DNA of 64,000 nt from Octopus sinensis (lineage: Eukaryota): the NCBI RefSeq assembly GCF_006345805.1, contig NC_043007.1, positions 43,772,001 through 43,836,000 on the forward strand. The letters are read 5' to 3'. The notes beneath the pieces are model-generated. The model was not told the origin of the DNA, searched no databases, and saw only the letters and a list, made by a program, of their open reading frames with translations. A program made the translations under genes and the position numbers. Below are positions 11,429-24,960 of the stretch, piece by piece. Within the stretch, counting starts at the first letter, position 1. Each line of letters opens with the position of its first letter.

Positions 11429-12194
11429 GATAATATAAGTAGCAGAATAATTTCCTTCACTCATTTAGATAATTCGGGTAGGTGGGTACGAAAACACACA
11501 TGCCTATATGGTTAACCAGTACAGAATTAATGCTATTTGTATTTTCTGGAAAAAAAACCTCATATACGTGTTTGTTTTTCTTCAACAAGCAATAGAAGTT
11601 GCTACGTTAGAATGGAATAGGAATTCAATGAAGATGTCAAAGAGAAAAGAAACGTTAATAATTCTGTGACTTATCGCAGAATTATTACCATCCGTTATTT
11701 GCAATGTCAGAATCGTCACCAATATAATTTTGGAAATGAATTCTAAAGAGAAGCCCTAACACGATCATTTTCAATTCACAGCTGCCAATGACAGATCAAT
11801 GGCAGATAAATAGCTTCCAGTGCTTTTAGTTAATAAGTTAACCTCTTCAGTTGCACAATTACCGACATCATCCTAAAGCTATTACAAAGGACTTTTCTAA
11901 TTACAAATCTAAATGTCAAGGATTTACCTCTTCCCTATCTAGACAGTTTAAAGAGAACCTAATGACAAATACTGTATAACAGTAATTCTTTGTTGTCAAA
12001 AATTATGTATGTAATTACTCGTATTTTATGATAGATAAATCTGCGCCTGCATATGATTGCTTTGGATTAGAATTAAATAACCGAAACCTTTTCTTTTGCC
12101 GCTCGCCACGATCCGGTTATTAACAATACCAAGCATTCTTGTAAATATATTGAAGTGAAGCCTTGATTGATGTTAAGAAAATATCGTTGAATAA

Positions 12195-12376
<182 letters not shown>

Positions 12377-13012
12377 CAAACTATTACCGAATGCTCCCTC
12401 CGAGAAACTAAGTAAATAAAGATTCTTTTGTTAGTTACTTTCAATAATTTTTTTATATCAATAACTTTAAATGAAAGAGAAAAGTTGTTATATATTACCA
12501 GTACAATACTATATTATCATTTATATTTATTTACACGGTTTATTACCATCTCTAGATTAAGTAAGACCCCGATACTTACATACTTATATATTGTTGTATA
12601 TTATTATAATAGCCAAGGATCGTCTTCGACCTAAACTAGTTTCGATTAATATTATTTGAGATATATAAAAATATATTTCGATAGTTGTAGATTCTATTGA
12701 CTTATTTATTTTGTCCGTTATAATTTTGTTGTTGTTTTTATTGTAATTCTTATGTAGTTGAAAAGTTAACGCTCACGCTCCTAAACATAGGCATTTGAAT
12801 TATTTCGTGTCTTTTAGAGCAAAGTTCTGAAGAGACTTATATATATGTGTATGAATTGTTTATAAATCAAATAATGTATACAAGTCGAAACAAATTGTTG
12901 GCTCTTTTGGTTTTTTAATAATTTTTTAATATTATATTATATTATCGTCATAGTATATTATGTTATATAAATAAATTATTAGTTTGTCAATTGAATCTCT
13001 CTCATTTATTGT

Positions 13013-13013
13013 T

Positions 13014-13065
<52 letters not shown>

Positions 13066-13354
13066 TGTGTGTGTCTGTGTGTGTGTGTTTGCGTGTGTGT
13101 GAGTCTGTGTGTGTGTGTGTGTGAGTGTGTGAGTGTGTGAGTGTGTGTGTTTGTGTGTCTGTATACACAAACGCACACACATACATATATGTATATATAT
13201 TCAGAGAAAGAGAAAGAAAGAGAGTAAGACAGTGTGAGACAAGGATGCAGATATAGTTATATTTTTAAGAATACCAAAAGAATAAAGGAATAACATTATG
13301 ATATTTAGAAGAATAACATTATCTCGTACAATCGAGTTTGTAATACGAAAAGGA

Positions 13355-13440
<86 letters not shown>

Positions 13441-13823
13441 AGGCAAGAGAAAAAAGCCTGTGAAACATCGTGAATAACTTCTGTGTCCTCTGTTGAAATT
13501 TATATTTTTTTTTAATTTAGATTAAGCATTGTAAGAATAACATAAAAATAGAGTTTTCTTTTGAATGATTGGGAAGAATATCATTGGTTATTTCGATGCA
13601 ATTTATTATCTCGCTTCATACCAAAACAATTTATTTGATATATTCATTATTTTGTTGACAACATATATTCATAGATGAGATGGTGCTCAGATATGTGTGC
13701 GTTGTGATGAATAGGTGTATATATGCAAACGGACATACATACACACACACACACACAAATATATACGTATGTATGTATATATATATATGTATATATATGT
13801 ATATATATATATGTGTGTATATA

Positions 13824-13912
<89 letters not shown>

Positions 13913-13922
13913 GGGGAGAAAT

Positions 13923-13969
<47 letters not shown>

Positions 13970-14010
13970 CGGATATAGATATTTAAATCCATATGTGTGT
14001 GTGTGTGTGT
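13013..14010. repeat. Cluster of (TA)n, (TG)n, (GA)n and (GATA)n microsatellites
   Basis: Arrays at about 13013-13200, 13355-13435 and 13735-14010. Confidence 0.9.
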
Positions 14011-14399
14011 TCGTCTGCATGTGTGTGCGTTTGCTCATCTATTAAAAAAACTTTTACATGTGAAATATCCGAACATTTGGGGAATATCATTAGCTGCTCC
14101 TTTATTTTCTGTCTGATTCCTTTTGCCAAGATGACCGAATATTTATTTTATCATGCTTAATGGTAAACAAAAAATAAGGCGATGGGGAGAGAAAAGACGA
14201 GAGCAATTTGAGAAAATGCCAACATTGAGCATTTGTCTTGCAGGTTTGTTACCAGAAAGAAAAAAAAGCACAACATGCTTCACTAGAAGGGTATTTTCAA
14301 AGAGCGGAGAAAGAAAATGTTATAAAAGCTTCTATGTCATTTATATTGCTTACTCTGAGAGTAAATAATTCGCGGTGAAACCTTAAAGAGTAGGAATAC

Positions 14400-15100
14400 T
14401 CGTCCTATCAAAACACGAAAAAGAAGATATTTGAAGTGGACTCCGATTGATTGGCTGATTTCTCCTGCTATGCTATACATCGTGTATACATAAATATGAA
14501 ACCTAAAAATAGACCTTGGAAAATAATATGGTTCGGACCCACGTTTCTTCCTAAATGCTAAAACTAACGTAAGCACGAAGTTTTTGGCTCTTTTAGAGAA
14601 GCATTTCCCATTAAACCATAAATACAAGAAGACTTTTAATAGACACTTGATAAAAACATCATATAACTTCTACCCCAATTTAAAGAGCATTAAGAGCCCT
14701 AAGAGTCCACTCCCAGTTGTATCTGTCGAGACCCTAAAGCTTGCCCACTTGACCAGGCATGTGTGATATATTTCGTCGTCTATGAGGTAAAAGCCACAGC
14801 AAGGCTTCAAAATAACATAACTGAAAAGAAAAGTTGCATAAACTTATGTGAAGGTAATTTTAAAAGACGTTATGCAAACCACTGATCTTCTTTCCAGCGC
14901 ATCGACAAAAGTAAGGCCACTAAGTTGGCTAGCCGTGTACGGGGTTTGAAGGCCAACTGCTGGCCACATACAATCAAGTGTAGAATCCTGAAGAAACTCA
15001 TGCCATATGTAAATAGATCTAAGAAATGTAACTTAAGCGTAGCTGAAAGATTCCACATTCTTTCTAGCTACCCGGTGGACGGGAACCTTTTATGGAGGCT
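14400..15100 (+). mobile_element. Penelope-like element, linker plus GIY-YIG endonuclease region (decayed)
   Basis: Joined frames read KNRPWKIIWF..NAKTNVSTKFLALLEKHFPLNHKYKKTFNRHLIKTSY..PNLKSI, CPLDQACV..VVYEV, INLCEGNFKRRYANH*SSF and TKLASRVRGLK..IKCRILKKLMPYVNRSKKCNL..ERFHIL, matching the PLE C-terminal pattern. Confidence 0.8.
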
Positions 15101-15234
15101 GAGAGAATTTTTTAAATCAGTGTTTTTCAACTATTTTTTGTTTATGGACCCCTTTGATTCCTATTATATTCTGATGGGCCCTCCTAGCCATTCGATGCTT
15201 GAAAAATCATATTATATTTTCATAATTAAATATT

Positions 15235-15645
15235 CTTTTATTCTTTTACTTGTTTCAGTCATTTGACTGCGGTCATACTGGAGGACCGTCTTAAAAGGTT
15301 TTTTTTTAGTCGAATAACTCGACCCCAGGACTTATTCTTTGTAAGCCTAGTACTTACTTTATCAGCATCTTTTGCCAAACTGCTAAGTTACGGGGGACGT
15401 AAGCACTCCAACACCGGTTTTCAAGCGGTGATGAGGGGACTAATACAGACACAAAGACACATTTGAATATATATATACGTATACGACGGGCTTCTCTCAG
15501 TTTCCGACTACCAAATCCATTCACAAAGCTTTGGTCGGCCTGAGACTATAGTAGACGACACTTGCACAAGGGGCCACGCAGTGGGACTGAACCCGGAGCC
15601 ATGTGGTTGGAAAGCAACCTTTTTACAACAGGGCCACGTCTGTGT
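15235..15645 (-). mobile_element. SINE family B, near full length
   Basis: Reverse complement of the family B consensus seen at 60328-60727. Confidence 0.9.
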
Positions 15646-16129
15646 CTATATTAAGAATTGTATAAAAATTAAACTATTTTGTGTATTGTAGAATTATAAC
15701 CAGTTTATTGCAGATAAATTTTAACAAAATTTTCTATGGACCCCCAAAGATCCTATAGACCCTGGCAGAGAACCACTGGTTTAAACAGATCCATCTTCCG
15801 ATCCTTCCAAGGGCTATAAAGGCTAGTGAAAGGGATTTAGAATCTCCCCGTTTTGCATATAATTATTGGAAATTATACTGCTTAAGTATTTAAAATGCTT
15901 GTATCAGGTTAATTGTAGCTACTGTACTGAGAAATTTGAGAGGGAGAGGGTGGTTTAGTGTGGTTTTAATATATAATCTCAGATTTCTGGACGTTAAATA
16001 TCAGATCCATTTTCTTATCGACGTGATAGCTCAAGGGTTTTGAGTGTGAGCTACCAGAACTCAATTATATGCATATCAAATTCGCTTTTTCAATGTCTTT
16101 ACGCAACAATGTAGTACCACAAATAAATT

Positions 16130-17330
16130 GCTTTAAACAGTTCAGGAGGTAACATGCAACCTTGCTCTGCCCTCCAACAACTCGAGCTATTATTCTTATG
16201 AGAAATTGGCGGCGAAGTTTCTCGAATTGGAATGGTCTATCAAACTTACTGAAAATATCCTGTGCCAGTTCCTTGTTAACTACTGTCCAAAACTTTTGAC
16301 ATCTCTACAAAGTGTTGTTAATGCAAATAAATTTGTCTCCTTGTCAAAGCCCTCTGACAGACCGACAAAACCTTGTGTCGTTGATATAAATATATTTGTT
16401 TACTTTGCTTGTTTTTTGAAGATGGTGATGATTTTATTACCTTGCAATATTGAATTATATGTTCCTGGTTCCACACCTCTTTAATGTGGCTATGAAAGCG
16501 CTTGTCCAGAGATAATCACATTTCTTTAATATCTCTAGTGTAATACTGTCTAGTGTAAAACTGTCTACTTCACGTTCTGATAGCAGAAATAATTTCATCT
16601 AAAAGTGGGAGCTCATCCAGTTGGTGAATGACGTGTATTTCACAAAATTCTTCCATAATTCATGAAATCAGTGTTTAAACTAATTTAAGAGGTATGTGGA
16701 ATGTTATGTCTCTTGACTTGACTGCTACTCGGAGCAACAAAATGTCTTTGTTGCTCTGTTATTATTGTGCCTGTCATACTGTCTGAATACCTCTGGATTT
16801 CTTGATCACCATTGTTCAGAGTATGAAGTAGATTGGGTATCAACCCGACGTGCTCGCCACTGCTTTTAGCAGAGTGTGTGATGAGGGTTCCTCTAGAGTT
16901 ACTCTGTACACCATGTGCACATATTTCAGGAACCTGGTAATCGTGCCATTGTTCCCATCAAACTAATCATGATGTTTTTTTGTTGTATTGGCTCCGATAG
17001 ATTCGGTAGCAATATTTTCAAGTGCGGAACCTTAAGAGGTCTATTTTCTTCCACACAAGTCCCGAAGGTGAGGAATGCCTCTGAAGTTTTCAGTTTGACA
17101 ACTAGAGAGCTTTACAAATGTCGAACGGGAATCCATTGAACTTCTTAGAGTCTGATGCTCTTGAGTGTCAAAAAAGGCCCACTTACGATCTGATCTGTGT
17201 TACTATGATGCGATGATTTGTCCAACTTTCAGTTCGCTTGTGCAATAAAAATCTACCGTAGCTTGATTAGCTTATGCCTAAATCCAACTTTGGGGGTCGG
17301 TATAATCGACAGATTAATCTTTCACCCAAA
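16130..17330 (-). mobile_element. RTE-clade LINE ORF2 fragment (linker plus RT N-terminus)
   Basis: Manual translation: TTKKHHD*FDGNN (cf. KHQDWFDEN), HQLDELPLLDEIISA, IITIFK, GFVGLSEGFD (cf. FVDLTKAFD), WTVVNKEL..DIFSKFDRP.QFEKLRRQF..IIARV. Heavily frameshifted. Confidence 0.78.
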
Positions 17331-17376
17331 ACCAATGGTCTCGAATAAACCAACATCATTATTAATATTCCACTGA

Positions 17377-17592
17377 AGGCGGCGAATTGACAGAATCATT
17401 AGCACACCGGGCAAAATGTTTAACGGCATTTCGCCCTTCTTCAGGTTCTGAGTTCAAATTCCGCCGATGTCAACTTTTCTTTTCATCCTTTCGAAAGTCG
17501 AAAAAATAAGTACCAGTTTGATACTGGGATCGGTGTAATTGACTTTCTCTCTCTCCGAACTTGCTGGCCTTGTGCCAAAAATTTGAAACCAT
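17377..17592 (+). mobile_element. SINE family A
   Basis: Head AAGGCGGCGAATTGACAGAATC, B-box GAGTTCAAATTCC, degenerate TSD. Confidence 0.85.
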
Positions 17593-18202
17593 CATTAATA
17601 TTTCATTCGTATAGTTATTGTTATTGTTATTGTTGTGTATGTTTATTACATAACAGAACACATGTCTGCGTGTCTTGGGTAGGTGCAGTGTTTGTTTTAG
17701 TTTTTCTATGTTTAGAATACTTTGCATAATATTTATTTGTAATATATTTATTTGTTCTGTTCTTTATATGTAGTATGTATTTGTATAAATCTATCTGTAA
17801 TTTTTTATCACAAAAATCTTGTTTTTTCTTTCTTATTTATTCTCATATTCTGGATAAATCTATTTCCAAATATTTGTAGATGGATAAGTTTACCATCCAT
17901 CAATTTGAGGATTTCACCGCCAATGATAGTTTTTGGCCATACTGAGTAGACAGTTTTCCACGATGTATTCCTATAAATAGGTGTTCTTTACAGAATTTAT
18001 TGTTCTCTGTGATATTTACTTATGTATGTTTGATTTACCTTTTTATCAGTAGTTATTACATAATGCTGATATAGTCATCTATGAATAAAACCTCCAATAT
18101 CTCCCCATTCATAAATTCAACTTTTGTTCAGCTTGGGTAGCAAGAAATAAATTGATTGGTGCATGTCTTTTTTTCCATTCTGCTTTATCATATGTCATAT
18201 AA

Positions 18203-18400
18203 AGGCCGTGAATTGGCCGAATCGTCAGAGCATTTAACAAAAACACTTCACACGGTATTTAGCTACATGTCTACGTTCTGAGTTCAAACTACACCGAAGT
18301 TCACACTTGTGGTCGACAGAATAAAATACCAGTCAAGTATTGAAGTCTATTTAATCGATTATTCCCTCACACTGAAATCTATGGTCTTGTGCCAGTTGTA
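18203..18400 (+). mobile_element. SINE family A, diverged
   Basis: Head and B-box-like GAGTTCAAAC recognisable. Confidence 0.6.
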
Positions 18401-18745
18401 GGTATTTCCGTTTGCGCTGGCATTACATTTGTGTGACGATCAAAAGTCTCAAAATCATCGGTTTTTTATTGAGACAAAACTGAAATGTTTCTTTGCCCAG
18501 TAGTGATTTGCCCAATTTGTAGAGTGTTCTTCACGCTGAGTTCTTTCATATAACTTCTTAGCATTATCGCTTCTGTTTTGACATTTAATTAATATATGTT
18601 TGATCCTTTCAATACCAGAGTACTCCAACCGTTAATAACAACGTTGAATAATGTACATGATGAAAGTTGTTAATGAGAGTATGAGGATGTAAATAGAAAT
18701 ACCTAAATAATAGGCAAATAAAGAAGTAATATTTACCACCCCTTA

Positions 18746-18850
18746 TACGAGGGATTGCTGAAAAGTTCCTGGCTTTAAAGGTGTCGCAAAAGGCCTGGTT
18801 GGTGGCCTGGCCTTTCGAGTTCTTTTACAGGACATAGAAAAACGTTTATA
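18746..18850 (+). mobile_element. Isolated left end of a second mariner-type family
   Basis: TA|CGAGGGATTGCTGAAAAGTTCC resembles the TIR type of the 27314-31980 element; no transposase follows. Confidence 0.6.
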
Positions 18851-19458
18851 TATATATACAAGTTTGATTACTTTCGATAGGTACTATATATTATAGTCAT
18901 TGATTCACTCGTTATTCTGTTATGTTATTTCTTATATCAAATGCCCTGCCTTATTTCACAAATCTTGTACATATATATGCATTCAAAAGTCCCAATATAT
19001 ATATACATGGGTATATGATCTTACAAACAGATTACATACGTATTCTAAAGCTTTTCAAGGGACAGCAGGTTTAGCTTATGCAGAAGATGCACATTTACAA
19101 TATACTTTACATGTTCCTCACAAAAGCTACAAATATATAAAAATAAATATTATTCAGACTCATTGAAGAACAATATTTCTTGTATGCACATAAAGCGGTA
19201 CCAAACCATATTTCCCTTCTGCGTTTTCGGTCTGTAATTTCAAATTATTCAGTTTTTTGTCCTGAATGAATCAAGAAATATATGCTTGCAGTTTAATAAA
19301 TAAATAGGCTGACTTGATACCTCTCAGTATGTTGAATATAAAAGGTGATATTTGAATATAGTGGAATATATGAAGTAGAATAATTAATAGTGGAATAATC
19401 GTAAATATATAAACATATAGCGTATTAAATATACTGATGGCACAGCGTATTATATATA

Positions 19459-19495
19459 TAAGCTGCTATAAATAGGCACGAACTTTCTGGACAAC

Positions 19496-19501
<6 letters not shown>
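19459..19501 (-). mobile_element. Inverted copy of the left end of the adjacent mariner
   Basis: TAAGCTGCTATAAATAGGCACGAACTTTCTGGACAACCCAATA matches the reverse complement of the left end (TIR plus the internal ATTTATAGTAGCTTA), not the right end. Confidence 0.75.
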
Positions 19502-19564
<63 letters not shown>

Positions 19565-19565
<1 letters not shown>

Positions 19566-20849
19566 TGGGTTGTCGCCTTTTGCGACACCCTTAAAGCCAG
19601 TTCGTGCCGATTTATAGTAGCTTACCTTTCGACTTATTTTAGAACATAAAATCCATAAAATAGGATTTGACTACACCTCCATTTAGAGCACAGTTTAAGC
19701 TATCTTTTCGTGGAAGAAGGTTTATGTTCCTATAACCTGTGTTAATTTTGTAACCCTTTAAAATGGAAGATAAGAAAGTTCATTTTTGGCACTTCTTTTT
19801 CTGTAAAGGGAAAATGCCTCACAAGCAACCAAAGAAATAAGCGCAGTTTACGGTGATGTTTCTTTATCCGAAAGAACTGTACTGAAGTGGTTCGCAAGGT
19901 TCCGAGCTGGAGATTGTAGCCTTATTGATAAAGAGCGATCAGGCAGACCATCCCCTACAGATGATGACCAAATCAAGTCATTGAGAATAACCCACATTGC
20001 ACAACCCGAGAATTGGCAGAAAGCTTCAATCTATCAAAATCCGTTGTTCATGAGCACCTGGTAAAGCTTGGGTACACAAATTGCTACGATGTTTGAGTAC
20101 CACATGTGTTGAGTGAGAAGAACCTTTTGGATCGCATTTCCATCTGTGATTCGCTGTATAAATGTAATGAAAACGCACCTTTTTTAAAGCAAATTTTGAC
20201 GGGTGATGAGAAATGGATTATCTATCGAAATGGTCAGAGAAAGCGATCCTGGAGTAAGCGACATGAGCCACTCTTAGCCACCCCAAAAGTGGGTTTTTAC
20301 CCTAAAAAAGTCTTGCTTTGAGTCTGGTGGGATTGGAAAGGAATTTTGTACTATTAGCTTCTCCCAAGTAACCAGACAATTAATTCTGAGAAATACTGCA
20401 CACAACTGGACAAGTTAAAAGCAGCAATTCAAGAGAAACGTCCAGAATTGGCTAACAGGAAGGGTGTTGTTTTTAAACATGATAATGCAAAACCGCATGT
20501 TTCTTATGGAACCAGACTATAATTGCTGCAGCTCGGCTGGGATGTGTTACCCCACCCTCCATATTCACCAGATATTGCTCCTTCGGATTTCCACTTATTC
20601 AGGTCTCTGCAGAATAGTCTTAATGGTAAAAATTTCAATTTCTTGGATGACGTAAAAAGATACCTTGATGAATTCTTTGCCATGAAACTACCTCAATTCT
20701 GGGAAGAGGGTATTTTAAGTTAAAGGAAAGATGGAGACGCATTGTACAACAAAATGGTTCATATTTGGTTGATTAAAAATGTAATGGCAAGCATTTATTG
20801 ACCTCTTTCTTTCCTTTAAAAATCGGCACGAATTTTCCGGACAACCCAA
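19565..20849 (+). mobile_element. Full-length decayed mariner element (DD34D), about 1.29 kb
   Basis: TA-flanked TIRs TTGGGTTGTC..AGTTCGTGCCGATTT and AAATCGGCACGAATTTTCCGGACAACCCAA. Motifs MEDKKVHF, ILTGDEKWIIY, HDNAKPH and PHPPYSPDIAPSDFHLF; frameshifts present. Confidence 0.95.
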
Positions 20850-22879
20850 TATATTGATTAGATTTACCAATAAGGAAAAGAGGAAATTAATTTGATTATC
20901 AGAATTTAAGAAATTATAAATCACTAGTTGAGCATAATGAGACAAAGGATGCAGCAGAATGAACTGCCGAATACAAAAAATAAACAGAACGACTCCAGTT
21001 TAGAGAGCTTGTATTGAAAAATTTTGAAAGAAAATCATATAACATGAAACAAATTCAACAGCTTCAAATAGTTAAGTGTTACTCACAAAAAGTGCATATA
21101 TAATACGTAGCGTATTACATATATCAATTTTCAGTTACTTTTTCTTTAATTTCCCTACAATAGTCTGCTTTTTAAGCTTATATTTTATATTTTTCCATCT
21201 CCAAGAAAACGATAAACAGTTTTTGTTTTGTTCATTTTTATTGGCATTTTCACAACTATCTCTTTTTACGAGAAAACTTGCAAATTCTTCTACTCGTTAT
21301 GATAGTTTTCAGACTGTAAAAAAGAAAAATACTATCTTATATTCATAGTAAATATATTTGTTATCTCATTCAAAATACTGTCATTATTCTCTCCTGTTTC
21401 CAAACTACTTGAATTTTTTTCAGTAATCCTCTAGTTGAGAATATAATAACCGTAGTTTATTTATTGCTAACAAGGGAATATAATATAACCTTATATATTT
21501 TTCTGGTCTCCAGAGTTCTAGCAGTCACACTTCTACTATGCTTCACTGGCAAGGTCAAATAATACCGAATCATGCTTGGACTTGCCTCCAAACTGCTAAC
21601 CAATCAGGGAAAGACAACCACGAAATTTTAGATAATAAAAATTTAGGAATTTACTTTCTTACATTTTTTGAATAGAATTATTAATTTAGATAATGATTGT
21701 TTCCATCAATGAATTTGTAAGCTTAATAAATACATTTTTTATACCATGACGATTACATTTTTTAAACCATGACGATTAAATTAAAACTCACTTTACTATT
21801 AAGTTTTCTTGTAGCAAGCATCCTTCTCTTTCTCCCCCTCTCCCTCTCGCTCTCACTCTCTCCCTCTATCTTTCTCTCTCTCTCTATATATATATATATA
21901 TACATACATACATACATATATATATATGTTATACTATAGGGAACAGCTCGGCTTTTAATCATGTACAAAAAAAAACCCACAAACGTGTTCTTTATCTTTT
22001 CTATGAAGGCGTTTTTCTTATTTTCATATGAATTCTTCGCGGTTTATGTGGAACAGGGAAGCTTCCAAATCCATCACCAAGTGTTTCTTCCTTTCACAGT
22101 CTCATCCTGAAGTGATGTTGGCGAGTATCGCTTCCTCTTTACATGAGCGGAACCAATGTGATGCATAAAGTCGTTGCAGACGAAATTTTGATTTTTTTCA
22201 GCATTTTATTTACATGTCGTCAGTTGGATGCATTGGGATTAGTATATGTTATTCATGTGTTTGTTTCAGCTTTTTATTTTATCAGCATTACTTTTATCGT
22301 TAATCGACTTTTATTGCGGGGATTTCGTCGCCTATATCTTGCTCACTAACGTTTAACTATCTAGCATACAGTTTTGTTTTGTGTTGTGTGATGTAGTGTA
22401 TTGTTATTGTTCCATTAAAAATAACTTAAATTCGGGGGATTATCACACTGGCCCTGCTTATTATAAAAAAGGTAGCAATATACGCTAACATCCATTCATA
22501 CAGAAGACGAGACTGTGAACATTTAAAAAGGTCGATGGCAAATTTACGAAGTTTAATGTTCCAAAGAATCTATAGGAACTCATTTCGACACTCCACCGAC
22601 TTGGAATAGTACTTTATTGGCTCTTGTGCAGGAGATGCATGTCTGGGCACGTTTATATATCACGGCTTGTATCTCCAAGCAATTCTAGTCTCTGAGTACA
22701 GGGTCTACTCAATTTGCAAATCAGGAGCTGGTACAAGAGAAATCAAAAGAATAAACGAAAGGAAGGTAGGTACAAAAAGTTGAAGGGTGAATAAAAACGG
22801 AAAAAAGAAAATAAGAGTTATGTCCCCTTTGACTGTAAAAACCATAATTAAGATAGCAGTTGTAGTATAATTCAATGGA

Positions 22880-23690
22880 GAGGGGTTCAGAGTCTGCGAA
22901 ACAGCTACTAATGTTCTTCATATTGGGGCAGCAATTTTATGATATTTTAATCGAGCGACTGTGAAAAATCCTGCTGTATTTGTGGTTTATTGGGAAGTGC
23001 TTATCTAAAAGAGACGATAATCTCTTGCCTACGTTAGTGAAGCGGGGATGAACTATATTATTTTTCTAAGTTTATTTTCATTATTGGTGGGCATTGTTAT
23101 CGTATGCAGCTGCTTCATCAAATATTTCTTTAGAAGGAAAGAGATTAGACATTCTCTTACTAATGTTTGCTATCAGATGTTTAAACACTATCGGTGGGAG
23201 ACAGAACTATTTGTGTATGTAGGAGAGTTTCTCATTTGGCTTATGGTACGGTTAGAGCAGGAGTTCAGATCTTGGGAAATATCTAAAATATCGACTTTTG
23301 ACGGATAAGTAGTAATAGTCATTTTGAGGCCTAATTGACCAAGGTATCAATAAATTTTTCCCTGAATTTATCGAGAGAGTATGATCATGACAGCCATGAT
23401 CTCAAAGATCTCGGTGTATGGAATATAAAGAGACCTATAAGATCGCAGATGTTCACACTGTCATACAATTTCATCGATATATCGAAGAACTCATCTGCAT
23501 CGGATTTTGAATCCTTTCTAAATAGAAGTGCTTTTCTCGCATGCATAGATAAAGTCCAGGCCTATGTTATCAATATCAATATATGTTTTTGTAAACTCAA
23601 TCGCCTTATCAGACGGCGATCTCGATATTGAGGTACAAAAATCTATAATATCAAATTGTGTAAATCTGACCCTGTACACATCCTTTAAAA
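22880..23690 (-). mobile_element. Penelope-like element, RT plus linker fragment (decayed)
   Basis: Manual translation: FTQFDIIDFCTSIS..DKAIEFTKTYIDID, FFDISMKLYDSVNICDLIGLFI (cf. FDVTMGSYDGAEVCELVGL), KPNEKLSYIH, NISKRMSNL..KEIFDEAA, KII*F..VGKRLSSLLDKHFPINH..CCPNMKNI. Confidence 0.8.
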
Positions 23691-23890
23691 TTCTTAAACT
23701 AGTCTATTAAAATATTGCCTTTATCCCATTGATGTTGCATGGTAGTCTTTCTTATTCTGATATCAATATTCTTTAGTATTTTGGGGGCAACTAAACCGAT
23801 TTCAGTTCTCGTTGTGTTTAAGTGTTCTTATTACTGTAAAAGATGGGTTTAAGAATTTCATCCCGCCCCTTCTCCCTAAATGTTAAAAAA

Positions 23891-24291
23891 CTTTAGTCGA
23901 ACAAATCGACCCCAGCACTTCTTTGCTATCAAAGTTTGGCACTTATTGCATCGGATGTCTATTGCCGAATCGCTAAGTTACATACCAAGTTACATACCAA
24001 CGCCGGTTGTTAGGCGATGGTGCAGGACAAGGACAAGCACAAAAATATACCTACAGATACACATACAACCCCTACACACACGCGCGCACACTCACATCCA
24101 CACACATATATATACACACACACACATCTTCACAACTGGCTTCTTTCAGTTTCCGCCAACTAAATCCACTCACAAGACTCGAAGCTATTAGGTTATAGTA
24201 GAAAACTCTTGCCCAATGTAACAGACAGTGGGACTCAACCCGAAACTATGTGGTTGGGAAGCAAACTTCTTATCACACAGCCACGCCTGCA
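23891..24291 (-). mobile_element. SINE family B
   Basis: Reverse complement of the family B consensus. Confidence 0.88.
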
Positions 24292-24322
24292 TATATCTGC
24301 GTGTGTATGTGTGAATGTGTGA

Positions 24323-24368
<46 letters not shown>

Positions 24369-24398
24369 CAAAAGGATGTGTTATGTATGTATCTATGC

Positions 24399-24447
<49 letters not shown>

Positions 24448-24451
24448 CACA

Positions 24452-24869
24452 CACACACATGTCAGAAGTAAATAGACACCCTTATTATCATTAAAATTCA
24501 TTTAAATCTGAAATTATACATTCAAATAATTTATTAATTGTTATAATGTGAATATTTAATATTCAGTAGACACGCCCTTTGCAGTTTTCAATGCAAGTAC
24601 CTTATTAAGCATGCTGCTGATCAGATGAATATTCTCTTGTGGAATTTCTTGCCAAGTTTCATGCAGCAATCTCAAAAGACATGGCTTTGAAGATGCTTTC
24701 TTGTTGTTCTTTTTACGAAGTGTCCTGTTCATTATATCCCAGAGATGTTCAATAGAGTTCACATCTAGTGACTGGCTTGGCCATGAAAGCTTTTTAATGC
24801 CATTCTCATCCAACAAATCTTGGGTAATTTTAGCCATGTGACAAGGATGTGTTATGTATGTATCTATGC

Positions 24870-24960
<91 letters not shown>

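Noticed and set aside
17700-18700. Possible further LINE 3' remnant (HILIKC motif, minus strand) split by a SINE
   Set aside because: Only one short motif is recognisable; too weak to call without a translated search.
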